Of a DNA stretch of 64,000 bases, positions 1-13,400 are shown one piece after another (position 1 is the stretch's first letter; every line of letters starts with the position of its first letter). The translations under genes and the position numbers were made by a program. The stretch covers positions 13,206,001 through 13,270,000 of the forward strand of contig CP075496.1 in assembly GCA_021613535.1 (NCBI GenBank). Direction: 5' to 3'. This stretch comes from Adineta vaga (taxonomy: Eukaryota > Animalia > Rotifera). The notes under the pieces were generated by a model. It ran no database searches and was not told where the DNA came from. It was given only the letters and a program-made list of their open reading frames with translations.

Positions 1-1252
1 CCTCAACCAAAATCTCAAAAAACTTCATCGAGATCTCGTCAAAAACAAAATGCGTCTGATGATAGCGATCCAGAACTTGACCGCGATTCTACGAGAAAAA
101 ACGGTGATGCTGATTTATCACCACCACGACGAAGAACTCAACAAAAGGGTGATGATGATCCATCTCCTCCAAGAAGAAGAAGACAGCAATCTGAAGATGA
201 TCCAAGTCCACCTCGAAAACGGAATTATTCTCCGCCTCGTCGAAAACAATCGAAAGACAATGATCCAAGTCCACCACGACGTCGTGACGCATCACCGCCC
301 CGTCGAAAGCAACCAAGAGATGATGATCCAAGTCCACCTCGAAAACGTGATTCTTCGCCACCTCGCCGAAAGCAACCGAGAGATGATGATCCAAGTCCAC
401 CACGACGTCGTGACGCATCACCCCCACGAAGAAAGCAACCAAGAGATGATGATCCAAGTCCACCACGAAGGAAGCAACCGAAAGATGATGATCCAAGTCC
501 GCCAAGACGTCGAGATCGTTCTTCACCATCTCATCGAAGAAATGATCGTCACTCTCGACAAGATTCTCCACCATCATCTAGTCATCGTCGTCAACCAAAA
601 AACGAACCATCATCACCACCAACGCATCGTCGATTGAAACAAGAATCACCTCCACCATCGATTCAACCCGCTAAATCTGAACGAAGACGATTGGCAGAAC
701 ATAAGGAGCAAGTCGCTGAACGATATGCACAATGGGGTCGTGGTATAGCTCAAGTTCGACAAACTGAAAATGCAGTCAAAGATTATTTAGAGCAATCAGA
801 AAAACCTTTAGCACGTTATCGTGATGATGAAGATCTGGATGCTATGTTGAAAGAAAGAGAACGTGAAGGTAAATATACAATAAATCTCTTTCTACATTAC
901 ATTGACATTGATCTTTGATTTTTACTTTGTTTTAATTAGATGATCCAATGCTGAAATATCTTACAAAAAAAAGTTCTAATACAGGTGATCGATCAACTAA
1001 TAGTAATAGTGCTCCAGTGAAACCTCGTTATAAAGGACCTGATCCACAAAAGAACAGGTATGAATAGAATCGTCTTACCTAATTGACAAAATATATCTCT
1101 ATATGTATACATTTAGATTTGATATCTGGCCTGGCTACCGATGGGATGGTGTTGATCGTTCGAATGGTTATGAGAAGAAATTATTCGAAACAATTGCCAA
1201 TCGACATGCTAAGACACAGGAAGCATATCTGTGGAGTGTAGAGGATATGTAA
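1..1252 (+). CDS. BUD13: BUD13 homolog (RES complex splicing factor), 5'-truncated by the window; exons 1-868, 940-1057, 1117-1252
   Basis: Frame 1 encodes many DDPSPPR(R/K) repeats followed by QWGRG...[12 protein letters not shown]...REGDPM...[31 protein letters not shown]...AYLWSVEDM*, the BUD13 C-terminal signature; GT-AG introns join in frame. Confidence 0.93.
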
Positions 1253-3443
1253 ATAAGGATGTATTATTTTTTTTGTTTCTTGTTTGAAAATAAAACTACA
1301 GATTTTGCTATTTTGCTTTTCTGTAAAACAATCTTTAATGAGATTGAACATCTTATTTTTCTTCTCGATTAGGATCTGATAATAAATTTATCAATTATAA
1401 CAAAAACTAAATCTCTTTTCTTTTGTTTCTACTTATCGATTTGCATCACTACTGTTACTAATATGATCATTAGCACAGAAGTATATTGAAGACAGTATCT
1501 CTTATAGACTTTGGTGTCAAAATACATCAAATTAATGTATATTTACATGGAAAAAGATTTTCGCTTAAAAAATAAAGAGTTCAATCATTTACAAAAGTAT
1601 CAGTGATAAACGAGAAAATAGAATATATAGGTTATTTTTTGATTGTATAATAATTTTAATTTCTTATCATATTTTATACGATAAAAATACTTCATCTGTT
1701 CAATTCATTTCTTTCTTTTTCTTGTCACAACTTATTGTCTTGACAATTCTTCTCAATTAACTTTCAAAAACAGATTTTTCAAATATATATAAATCAATTC
1801 ATTTCATATGATGTCTCTTCGTTGTCATCATCATTGCATCTCACCACGTGAAACATCAACGGTTATTTCATTATTCATGTCATACGTCAAAATTTCAAGT
1901 GACTCGTGAACAAATTGAAAAAAAAGACGAAGAAGAAGATGTTCATCATGCGTGTCAAGTAAAGAGGTTGTAGATGATGACTATTCTTCAACATATTCTT
2001 TTTTCTTCTCACTTTATAACAATCAATTCAATCTTGGTTATCACTTATTTTACACATTTTAATCCTATTCGTTCAAAAAGTAACAAACAACACCAGTTAC
2101 AAGTTGTCTTCTCCTATTAACTACTACAAATTCTATTTCCGTTTTGTTTAATATACCGATTTCCGTTTTTTATCATTCATTGTTTTACAATAGAACAAGG
2201 CGGTGAAATAAATAGCTTAATATATAGATGACTTATCAATAGAAAGTAATGAGTTCAATGTAATCAAGCATGTACAGTTCAAGCATCTCTTATATAAAAT
2301 ACAAGATCACAAGAGAATGAACAAGCGCTTGTGAGAAATCGAAACACAATTCATTAACATCAATGTTCAAACTTATTCTTAAAGAAAATAGTTTTTCTCA
2401 CAAAGCACATATAAAGATCTTTTTATTTTTTTTCAATCGATACACAAATAGAAATCTAACCTCTTCCGTAATCGATTACCGGAACAAATTGAAAGGAAAA
2501 AATCAATTGAAACAATACACAGATATATGATCATATTAGACTCAAGCAAGGAAAATGTTCATCAATAATTGAAGAGAAAGTTGCATGTTGCAATTTGATC
2601 CTTCATTATTATTGTACAGCTATTTCTTTTTAGCAAGAAAGAGTATATTTGCCTCTTAGCAAATTTTCTTTTTCTATGTCAATCACTCCAAATTTCAAAG
2701 TGCTCTTCTACGCTCCGATTGGCAGTATGAAACGATCGAAAGAAAGAATCTCTTTACCGTTTAATTCGCGTTTTTCTTTCGTCAATAATTGATTGATTAA
2801 AGAAAGGGGGGAAACTTTCTTAGAAGAGCTTATTGGTGTCCATGAACAGCAGAAAGTAAAAAAATGTTATTGTTCTTATTGAGTGTTGTTGTTATCATCG
2901 AATTAATGACGCCCATATAGCAAAAAAAGTTAAACCAATCAGATTCTTTTTTTTGCTCTTTAACATATCAATTAGATTCATTCGATTTATTTCGTAATTC
3001 TTACTTTTTTTTCTCGTTTCGTCTGCTTATATTGTTTGTACATTTTCATAATACGTTCTTTTTCTCTTTTCTCCTCCCTTTATCTCATTCATTTCATGTA
3101 CGGATCAGCTTAGTTTCATTCATCGATGCCGCTTTTATTGAGTATCTGGCCTCTTGAGCACACATACATATACATATTAAGTTAACAAATGGAGGGAGAG
3201 AAAGAAGAGAGAACTATATTTTTACCTGCAAGCGTTATGAATGGTAGATGCTCGTCGTCATTTAATTTTTTTCTTTCTCTCTCTTTCTCTTTCTCTCTCT
3301 CTCGACAATGATTGGACACTAATGGAAGCTGATCCGACTCTGCATTCGTCGAACTAATCGACAAAATGAGAATTTTGATTGCCTGCCTGACATAAACACA
3401 CATATACACACACACGCGCACACACATACAATATATATAGAAA

Positions 3444-5730
3444 ATGATGATTGACGCTGCATGTCGCCAATCTTCTTACTTATTACCACTGTTAACGAAT
3501 ACTGGTAACAGTAATAATAAAATGAAAAGAAATTCAACAAATGATCATGAAGATGAATTAACTACCAAATCGGAATTGAAAACAAATAATCATAAAAATT
3601 TATTACCACCACGAAAAAAACTGAAATTTGGTGTTGATGCAATTCTTGGAACCAATTCAGATAATGAATCAGAGGAGGATTCTAAACATAAAAGTAAGCC
3701 AGAATCATTACAGAATATTTTAATCATTATTTCTATTTTGTCTTTTGTTTAGTACGTCCCTATGTTGTATCTCCTGTTTCTCCAAGTACATCGACTTCAT
3801 CAAGTGAACCTTCACTTGCAAAATCACCACTATTTAAATCTCCATTTCCCGCACATCTTAATAGTAGTTCACCAACATCAGATCAAACTTCTTTACAGCC
3901 TTCAGCACTTCTTCGCCATTCTATTTATGGATCATCAGTATATTTGCCATTCAATTGTCTCACATCAAACAACAATAATAACAATCACAACAACAACAGC
4001 AACAATAACGGTAATGGTATTACTGGATTAGAACGAGAACAAACGAATGAACAAATACATCAAAATCTTCTTCAAGATCGTCTTTTTCTTCAAATGGCTT
4101 CAGCTAGTCGACAACATCATTTATCCTTTGATGGTCATCCAGCACCACCTAATGGTTTATGGCGTCCTAATCTTCGACCATTTATTGGTATGTAAAAAGG
4201 GTTTTTTTTCTTCGATTTTTTTTTCTTACTACTTGTAAAATACGTTGTAATTCGATATTATACAATACTCGTCACCCGCCTAGTCACAAGTAATTATAAT
4301 CGCTTCATATTGATCGCTCTCACCTTCCTCTTTCTCATTCTATACCTTATATTCTTCAATTAAAAGTCAAAATGTGCACACATACACACACATACGAACA
4401 TAATTGAATCTCGTTCGTGTACACATTTAGTCTAAAGAACATGTTCTTTGCCAATTCTTCTTCGTCTTCATTTCTCTCTTGTTTCATCATCGAAGTGGTT
4501 GCTTGTATGTACATCTCAATTACTTGACTACATGGGCAAACATATACAACAGGTTTTAATTCGATGATGATGATGATGTTGATGAGGATGAGAAAAACTA
4601 CCAATCAGCGTTTTTATTTGTCAACTACCTATCATATTTCACATGAGAATTTCAAGTGTGTACATATATGAAATGATAAAACGCAGGTGGATCTAAGGAG
4701 AAATAAATATTGAAGATGCAAGTTCTTGCCAAGAGGCAATACGATCTCTCTTTCTCTACTCCTTTCGGCTAGTTTGTTTTGATTTCTTCACTTTAGGCTT
4801 ATTCCTATTGTTTCTACGTCTATATATATATATCTCTAATCACATTATTTTTTCTCTTATCGTCTATCAAGTGAATTAATGTATGCTACCTATTATGAAA
4901 ACAATAGACATTCAATTAATGAATACATTTTCAATGTTATTTTTGTTGATACTGATGATTTAATTTTTTTTTCTTTTCACATAGGTAATCAACCAGGTAG
5001 TTTCTTTGGTAATAATGGCTCACCCTCAATAAGTTCATCAACACCATCATTATTAAATGGTACAGCACCACCCAATGGAATGTATCTTCCTCCACCACCT
5101 TCGAGCATATTTTGGCCATTAGGTCTTCGAAGTAAACCACGTCGTGGCATGTTACGACGTGCTGTATTTTCTGATCAACAACGTAAAGGTCTTGAATTAG
5201 CTTTTCTTAAACAAAAATACATCAGTAAACCTGAAAGAAAAAAATTAGCTCAACGTCTTGGATTAAAAGATTCACAGGTAATGATTTCTTTCTCAACTGA
5301 AATCACACTAATTAATTTTTTCTTTCTTTCTCAACTTATGTTTATCCAGGTTAAAATATGGTAAGTGAAATATAATTTAAAATACGATTGAAAAGAGACG
5401 ATGGAAATGTTATTTGTCTAGGTTTCAAAATCGTCGAATGAAATGGCGAAATACAAAAGAACGAGAACTACTCACATCAAGTTCAACCAATAACAACAAC
5501 AATAATAATTTCACAGATGGTACTGAATCAACATCATCAACAAAGAATTCAACAAGCAATGATAAAAATGATCTTTGTGTTTTATCAAATGATTGTTGTG
5601 ACTGTCAACAACAGCAACATCATCATCATCAAAAAGAGGATTCACTTAATTTTCGTCCTTCGTCAAGTATTCATGATGATGAAACCAATAATTCTGATGT
5701 TGATGTGAATAATGATGATTCAAGTAATTC

Positions 5731-5762
<32 letters not shown>

Positions 5763-5776
5763 CCAGAAGACAATAA
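3444..5776 (+). CDS. DBX: Dbx-class homeodomain transcription factor; exons 3444-3693, 3753-4187, 4985-5277, 5350-5360, 5422-5776
   Basis: eh1 motif LKFGVDAILG; spliced homeodomain [69 protein letters not shown] is close to Dbx1/2; acidic C-terminal tail. Confidence 0.92.
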
Positions 5777-7742
5777 CTGAATTTTTTTCCATCTCTGTTC
5801 TTCTGCATTTGTCTTCAATGGATGTCGGTGATTGTGTTAAAGGATGAAATTTATTGTATGTAATTTAATGTTTGGTTTCTCATTTTCGTTCTCTTCTTCA
5901 TTTTGTTTCTTGTTCGTGGGCACCTTTTTTCTGTTTTTTTTTCTTGACAAATTTCATGTCATTCGTCTGTTTTCTTTTTTTTCCAACAAGTATTCGATTC
6001 AATTTGAGAGAGATTGTGAATATTTTTTCTTCATTTAAAACAAAATATAAATATATGTCTAATTATTTCAATTTATTCTCTATATAATAACAAAATCAAA
6101 TCTTCAATCTAGTTTTTATATGATATAGAAAGACGAAAAATTTCAAGAAAAGGGTGTGTTTTTATTTGATACGATGAGGATCAAAAGTAAAGTCGGTATA
6201 TTATTTTGTAAAAGGTTTTTCATTGATTCTCAAAGTCTGAAAGATTAGATTTATGTTCGTTTTATTCATATTGAGAACTGAAATGTCGTCATTGGAAATC
6301 TTTTGTTAGACGATGTATGACGGTTTAGAGGGAATGTGATTTATCATGGAAACGATCAGAAAATGAAAAAAAGAGACTAAATCATCGCCATGTTTGGTTG
6401 CCAACTACTAATAATTATGTGAACATATTAGCCAAATATTCATGCAATGAATAGGTCATATGTCGAAAAAACTCTTCAGAAACCATATCATTAAAAAACA
6501 ATGAATCATTCATTTTAATGTTACATACATGTATTAAATTTAAACATGAATTCAACTATTCACGTTTTCTACTATTTTTCAGCTTTCATCTACTCAAGCG
6601 AAATATCACGCTTTTGCTGCTTGAATAAAGTACGAAAGCTACTTCAGCAGCGTTGTTCTTCAAAAAGTTCTCACTCTAACAAAGAAAAATCCTCAATTAA
6701 TTAATCCTTTTCCACTCAAAACACAGTAGAATATAGGCAATTCACCATGCTGAATCTAAATATCATAGTCTCTGTTGTTAATACAACTCAGTAGCTGAAA
6801 AATTGTTTTTGCTCGAATAATTTTCCGATGTTCTGAGAGTGTAGAGCACATGAAGTTGTCTATTAAAAAAAAGCTTTCTTCAAACCATTCTAGCGATAAT
6901 TGAAGCTTCCATGAGACATGAAATTTTGTGTCTGAAATTTTTTTATCTCTCAATATTTTAGTAATTTTCTTGTATTTACTTATTTGTTCAAAATTTATCA
7001 GTCGAAATTTTGTTTCATTATCTCACATTAATTGTTATTTTTGAAAAAACATGCAGAACAGAATAGGATTTTAGATAGAATTTTTCGTAGTTATAAAGAT
7101 CTCGCATATGCGTATAGATGAATGGCAAAAATAAAGGTAAACTGGACTGATGTTTTCATCATCTGATTGTTTCAAAAATATAAGATTTTCTCTGTAAGAA
7201 CAGCCTTTCGGTGTTTTAATCTTGTTAAAAATTCATTACATCAGTGTAATATGATGATTTGATTTAAAATCTCAACTAGAAGCATTAGAAAATCTCCAGA
7301 AGATAGCTTTAACTCATGTAGATGATATAATACTGCACATCTTCTATTCGTTATTTGGTACATGTAGACGGAAAACTTAGACTTGCATGTTACTCTACAT
7401 TTAAAACTTTTAAATGATTATATTTATTATGAAATCGACTCTTGATTGTTAATTATCTATAATTACTTTTCTTTGTAATGATAAGTTTTAATGTTTGACA
7501 TGGATTTCCGTTTTATAGATAAAAAACAGACACAGTTTACACGAGTTCGATAATCAGACATTAAAATTTCAGTTCTAATTAGAAAAAAGAAAGGTTATAG
7601 AGTATTATTAATATCAAGAATGTGAGATAGTAAATAAACTATTGAGATCATTTATAGAAAATATCGTTATGTAAAATATTTCGTCTGTTTTCTATACTAT
7701 ATCTTCCATGAAAGTTTATTTTTGTTTAGATATAGTTCAATT

Positions 7743-9040
7743 ATGACATCTTGGTCAATCATTAGCCAGTCATATGCTCGATATGTTGGTATACCACAAT
7801 TTTGTCTAAGTATCCTAGGTAATGTATTTAACATTTGGATATTTGGTAATGAATCTACTTCTCGAAAAACTCCAAGCACATTTTACTTATTAATGGCATC
7901 AATAACTGGTTTAATACAAATCATGAGTGGTCAAATTCCACGTTTTCTTATTCTTGGTTTCAATGATGATTTAACACGAACATCTCTAATTTGGTGTAAA
8001 TGTCGACAATTTCTTATAGCAACATTTGGTGGTATAGGAATGACATTTCAATGTCTTGCTACTATTGATCAATTTCTGATTACATCTCGAAATGTTCGTA
8101 TACGACAATTAAGTAGTATCAAATGGGCTTATCGTATTTCAGTTGGTGCTATTATCATATGGGTATTGCAAGGTATTCCATTTATAGTATTCAATCAGAT
8201 ACAGTTAGTTTAGTTTTTCGTTATATCTCTCGTGTGTTATCAGATTATTCTTTATATCATAGATCTGGTATATGTATTATTGGTCATCCGATTTTAATGA
8301 CCTATTGGTCTTATGTTTACTTTCTTGGTCTTCTAACAGCCATATCAATTATTATTATGGTAACATTTGGTACACTTGCATATCGTAACATGCGTCTTTT
8401 GAAAAATACAGCACGATTAAGTAGTGCTGATCAACAATTAACAACAATGATTTGCATGCAAGTTATTATAGTTGTTATTAGTGTTGCAGCGTATGGTGGT
8501 TATAATGTTTATGGACTAGCAACAGCAAATGTATTCAAAGATGCTGAACAGAAAGGCAAAGATTTAGTTACTCTGACTGTAACAAGTCTTTCAGCATTTT
8601 TGAATTATGGTGTAAGTGAAAAAGTATTTTGATACTTCAATGATTGGAGATGTACATAAGATAATTGCTGGTTTATTGCATTGTTTCATTGAAGTAAAAC
8701 TCCGAAAAATAGTTTCCTTGTTCGTAGAAATAATTAATAGGTTCTATAGGACTATACAAGAAAAGAATATGACTCTATTTTCAGACTGTCACTATAAATA
8801 TGCCTCTTTCACCTATGTATGTAAGACTCAATATATCGGAATTTTACGTTCAAGAAAAGAACGAACAACATATATTTGCAATTAATTCATAAAAAATTTT
8901 CTTTTCAGAGTAGTTTCTATGTATTTTTTGCTTCATCTGCTCGTTTTCGTCGTCAAACAAAAAAATATCTTTGTTGCTGTTGTAAATCACAAGAAATAAC
9001 GCCAGGAGAAATTGCTACTACACACTTGACACGTCGATGA
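7743..9040 (+). CDS. Rhodopsin-like (class A) orphan GPCR; exons 7743-8203, 8263-8611, 8909-9040
   Basis: GN in TM1 (ILGNVFNIWIF), C before TM3, CLATIDQF (DRY-like), multiple hydrophobic segments, SFYVF..SSARFRRQ helix 8, Cys cluster in tail. Confidence 0.8.
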
Positions 9041-9131
9041 AATCTTTACAATGTTTACTTTATTCTTTTACTCAATAACATTTGCATTACAATGTTTTTT
9101 TTTCTTATTGAAATAGTCACTATTTCACTCA

Positions 9132-9859
9132 TCAACTTGTTTCATCAATATTCTTCGATACTAATTTTGTATGTGATGAAGGAAAATAAATAATCGAAGG
9201 AAATGGTTCATCAGATTGAGCTAATTCATCAACATCAACATCAACTTCTTCATTTTTCTGACATTGGATAGAATTTTTCTTTTTTAATGAAACGAGATCA
9301 TTGATACTTTCATTCTTATGATCATCATTTAACTTTGTTTTAAATGAAAATGAATCTTGTTTTAATAATTGTTGATTCATATATGATTTCATGAGAGCAT
9401 TATTATTATTTATCATTTCCTTTTCAATACAATAAATTCTTACAAATCTTTATTCATCATCAATATTACTCACATTATTATCACTATCAGAAGTTGATGA
9501 TTCATGTATAGCTGATCTCGATTTTGCTATGACAGATGTTTCTTTCACTGATTTCATTGGTCTTGGATCATGACAAACAAAAACAAAATCTATATGATAT
9601 TGAATGAATGATTTTATCTATGCGAAATATGATTTTATCTACCACAATAACAATTTCGATCAGCATCTTTAGCTGCAATAGGTAAAAGATCTCCACTACC
9701 TCGATAAATAACAACACATCGTCCATGTATTAATTTAATTGTTTTTTTCAAAGCTTTTCGTTTACATTTAACTGTTGTGCGACAATATCTTGAATCAACT
9801 AAATATTCACTATCAGATTCTGAAGTAGTAGAAAGTTCATTAAGATTATATATATTCAT
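9132..9859 (-). CDS. Hypothetical protein, probably 3 exons (9859-9643, about 9589-9474, about 9419-9132)
   Basis: Two ORF-track ORFs can be joined through GT-AG introns via an open middle exon (DFVFVCHDPRPMK...); head-to-head with the FN3 gene; no recognised domain. Confidence 0.45.
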
Positions 9860-10434
9860 AATGAAAACTTATTTAAACATATGTATATATATATATTGAT
9901 CAATAAAGAAAAAAGAAACAAATCAACAGAACAATCCCGCAAATGGTTGTCAAGACAATTGAAATTTACTGACATCTGTAAAATGAAATATTTTCGAATG
10001 AATTCAAAATGAATTTGATAGATAAGAAATGATCAATGATATTTTTGTAAAGATTATATTTGAAAGAATAGATGAAAACAATAATATCGTTGTTAAAGTA
10101 TTGCTTAGCAACTCGGATGTAAAAAATGGAACAATGAAATAACAATCGAAAAAGAAAACTTGAAGAATCAGAATAAAATTATTTCTTTTACACTTAGTTT
10201 TATTTTTCTATCGGATCAATAAATTTATAAATTTTTCTTCAGTAATTAGAAACAATCATAACATCCTTTCTGTTTTGTGTATAGGAAATCTCTTCCTCTT
10301 TTGAATTCATTTATGGTTACCTGTTTTTCTTCATCTTATTTTCAGACGAGAGAAAGAAAGACAGAAAGTTGTGAGTGGTACAACATTCTTTACACATTCG
10401 ATCTGTATTCTTGTCTATCAAAAAAGAGAAAAAC

Positions 10435-13400
10435 ATGGGTTGTGGTGCATCGGTCGCCAAGCCAAATGGCAATGATAAAAACTCTCCAACATCTGCTGAT
10501 CAAAAAAGAAAGACTGATAAACTGGTTTCTGGAGGTTCGATTGATTTATAATGCTTCTTTCATTCACTTTCTTTTCTTTATTAATCACTGCAAATTTACA
10601 TAAATTCATGTAAAATCTTAGTTACACATTTTCTTTTGATTGTCTAGTTCCCAATCTCATGGCTTCGTTACAAGGCCATGGAAATAATCAAAATAATGAT
10701 GAAGATACCACTGTCATTCATGTTATTGATATTGTCGATGGATCATTTACTGGGAAATCATCAAAATTACGTATTGAGTGTGATAATATTGTTGAATTTA
10801 AAATCAATGGTAAAGAAGAATACGATATTATTCAAGTATTCAAAGATGGAAATGATTATTATCCAGTCAATCATGGTTATAAATTATTGAATCTAAAAAA
10901 TCGAACACTACCTAAACAGCGACGATTACTATTTTCATATGATCTCAATCAACCTGAACTTGAACTTTATTTTTGTGTTATTCCTACATCACAACGTGAT
11001 TCAATTGCTAGAGCACGAAAATATCCGAGAATTCATTGTGAAAAAAATTGCCTTAAACTTTATCAAAATGATATTAAATTTCATCTAACTGATGAAAAAC
11101 AAAGTCAAAAAGTATACATGCATCAAACAGATACAATTCAAATTGAATGGATATCTCAAATACCTTATCGAATTGAAGAAAAAAAATATTGTCCTGTATC
11201 TGGTGGACTTTATACAGTTGAAGCAACAAGCGCGAAGAAATCTAATCGATTTTCAACAAAAGGAAGTTTCATGAAAACATTCAATGAACTAGGCATGTCA
11301 TTTTTAATTCGTTATACCGAAACAAATGAAATTCATGATGTTATTATTTGTATTGTAAATGAAAAGTATAAAATGAAACACATTGAAATTACCGATGAAA
11401 GTATTCAACCGAATGTTTTATGGATTGAAAAAGCAGATTGGCTTGTTTTTGATTGGAATACAAAACGTAAACAAACAGTTATTCAGATTGAACCATTTAC
11501 TGTTGACAAAAACTCCAAGCAATCGATTGAAGTTTGTTTTCTTCTTATCAGAAATAAAAAGCCTTGAAAATCTTCTCTTCTAGCTTAAAACACCTGGTAA
11601 ACACTTTTCCTGGCCAAATGATGCAACACGTCGTGGTTATATGGTTCATCAATTCAATGAAACTGGTGTCTTCTGCTTTAAAACAGCAAATAATCAGATT
11701 GGTACAATCGTTGTTGAAGCACGTCAAACTATTCATCAAGTGCCTATTTTTCACGAACAATTAGGTATAAAGAAGTGTCTTTTTTTAGATATGATGAAGA
11801 ATCTATTTTCTTTTTATAGTTCATAAAATGAATACGAATAGTTTAGTAGAATTTAATTGGACAATGGATCCAACGGATGAGAAAACGATTTTATTTACTC
11901 TCGATACGTATTCATCAGTTCCAACACAAGCAGTTGAAGGTGCTCAAGGAGTCTTCAATTGTGGTAAGTAAATGAAGAAAAAATGTTAGTTGTTATGATT
12001 CTTTGAAAATCTATCGAGTAACTAATTCATTTCGATCATGCCGAGAGATATTCGTTCTCGTTAAGAAAATATTTTTTTGTTATTTGTATTGTAAATTGTT
12101 AAAATGAAGCAAAGAAAAAGTGTATGTTGTCTTGGAATAAAAAACACATAGAAAATAAACTTGACTAATCGATTGTCATAGTAACTATGTTGATTGAATC
12201 AAATCAAATTGAAAATATGTTATTGTTAATCAAAGAAAACATTAGTGACGAATAGGAATTAGTTAGATCAGACTTTTTCTTTCTAATTATGCGTTCTTTT
12301 CTCTTTATGAGATATTTAAAGAAACTAAAGGTGTTTACATCTCTTTCAAACTCCCGGTACAAAAAGAATCGGTAACTAAAAGCAAATACCGCCGAGTAGG
12401 AAATGACATTGAACATTGATTGTCTAAATAATCAAATTGATTCGTTGCTATAGCTTTGACAATGTCAAAGAAAAGCAGTTTTTTTAATCATGTTCATTTA
12501 AGATATTATTTGATTATCTCTGATTAATGATGATTGTATCGTTTTATTGAGATTTGTAGAAAAAGATATGATGTATTTTGTTTTATTTAGCATCACATAA
12601 ATGTCTTCGAGCTGATCCAATATTTCAACGTTATCTTTACACATGTGAAACATTGCTTCTGAATATTCCTCAACATGGTCTTTACAATTTTGTTTATTCA
12701 GAAGATCAAAATACACCACTTATAAGTATCATTGTCGAAAATGATATCGATGTAAGATACATATCGAGATTATCATTGTTGTTTTTCCTTATATTTGACT
12801 ATGTGTTTTGTTTTCTCCATACTAGAAACATACTGTTGTCTATAATGAAAATGATGTATTTGAACCTGCAACATTAATTATTAATCGTAATGATCAAGTT
12901 TGGTTTGAACCATCACTATCAGTCAAAGTTGAAACTATCTATGAAACGAATCAATTTGGTGATGAACTTGTGCCTGATCGACCAATCTTTCGACCTCAAG
13001 AAAAAAGTGTGAATTTTTTTATGAAATCATTTCCAGATATGGGCATTTATTATTTTTCAATGGACAAAACTGATAAAGATTCGGATGAGAAAACTCATCC
13101 ATTAGCAATTATTGTCTTATCGGACGTACGTTTTCATTATAAAACAGTTGGAAATGATCATTTTGATAATCAAGCGATAATAACCAATGTGAATGATTTT
13201 ATTATTTGGGAATTTGAACAAATTATTTCTCATAATGTTGCCTATGTACAACCAAATGATACCTTACAAGATTTAATTTCATGTCATGAACGAGCTGTTC
13301 AAGGACGAAATCGACAGTGTCTTGCTGTTGAATGTACTCAATCTGGTACATTCTTCTTTGCTAATCCAGGTAAAATGAAATTATTTATATCGTCATAATC

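Noticed and set aside
50-637. ORF-track 195-aa (+) and 162-aa (-) repetitive ORFs
   Set aside because: Shadow frames of the BUD13 DDPSPPR repeats (about 126-bp internal duplication) encoded in frame 1
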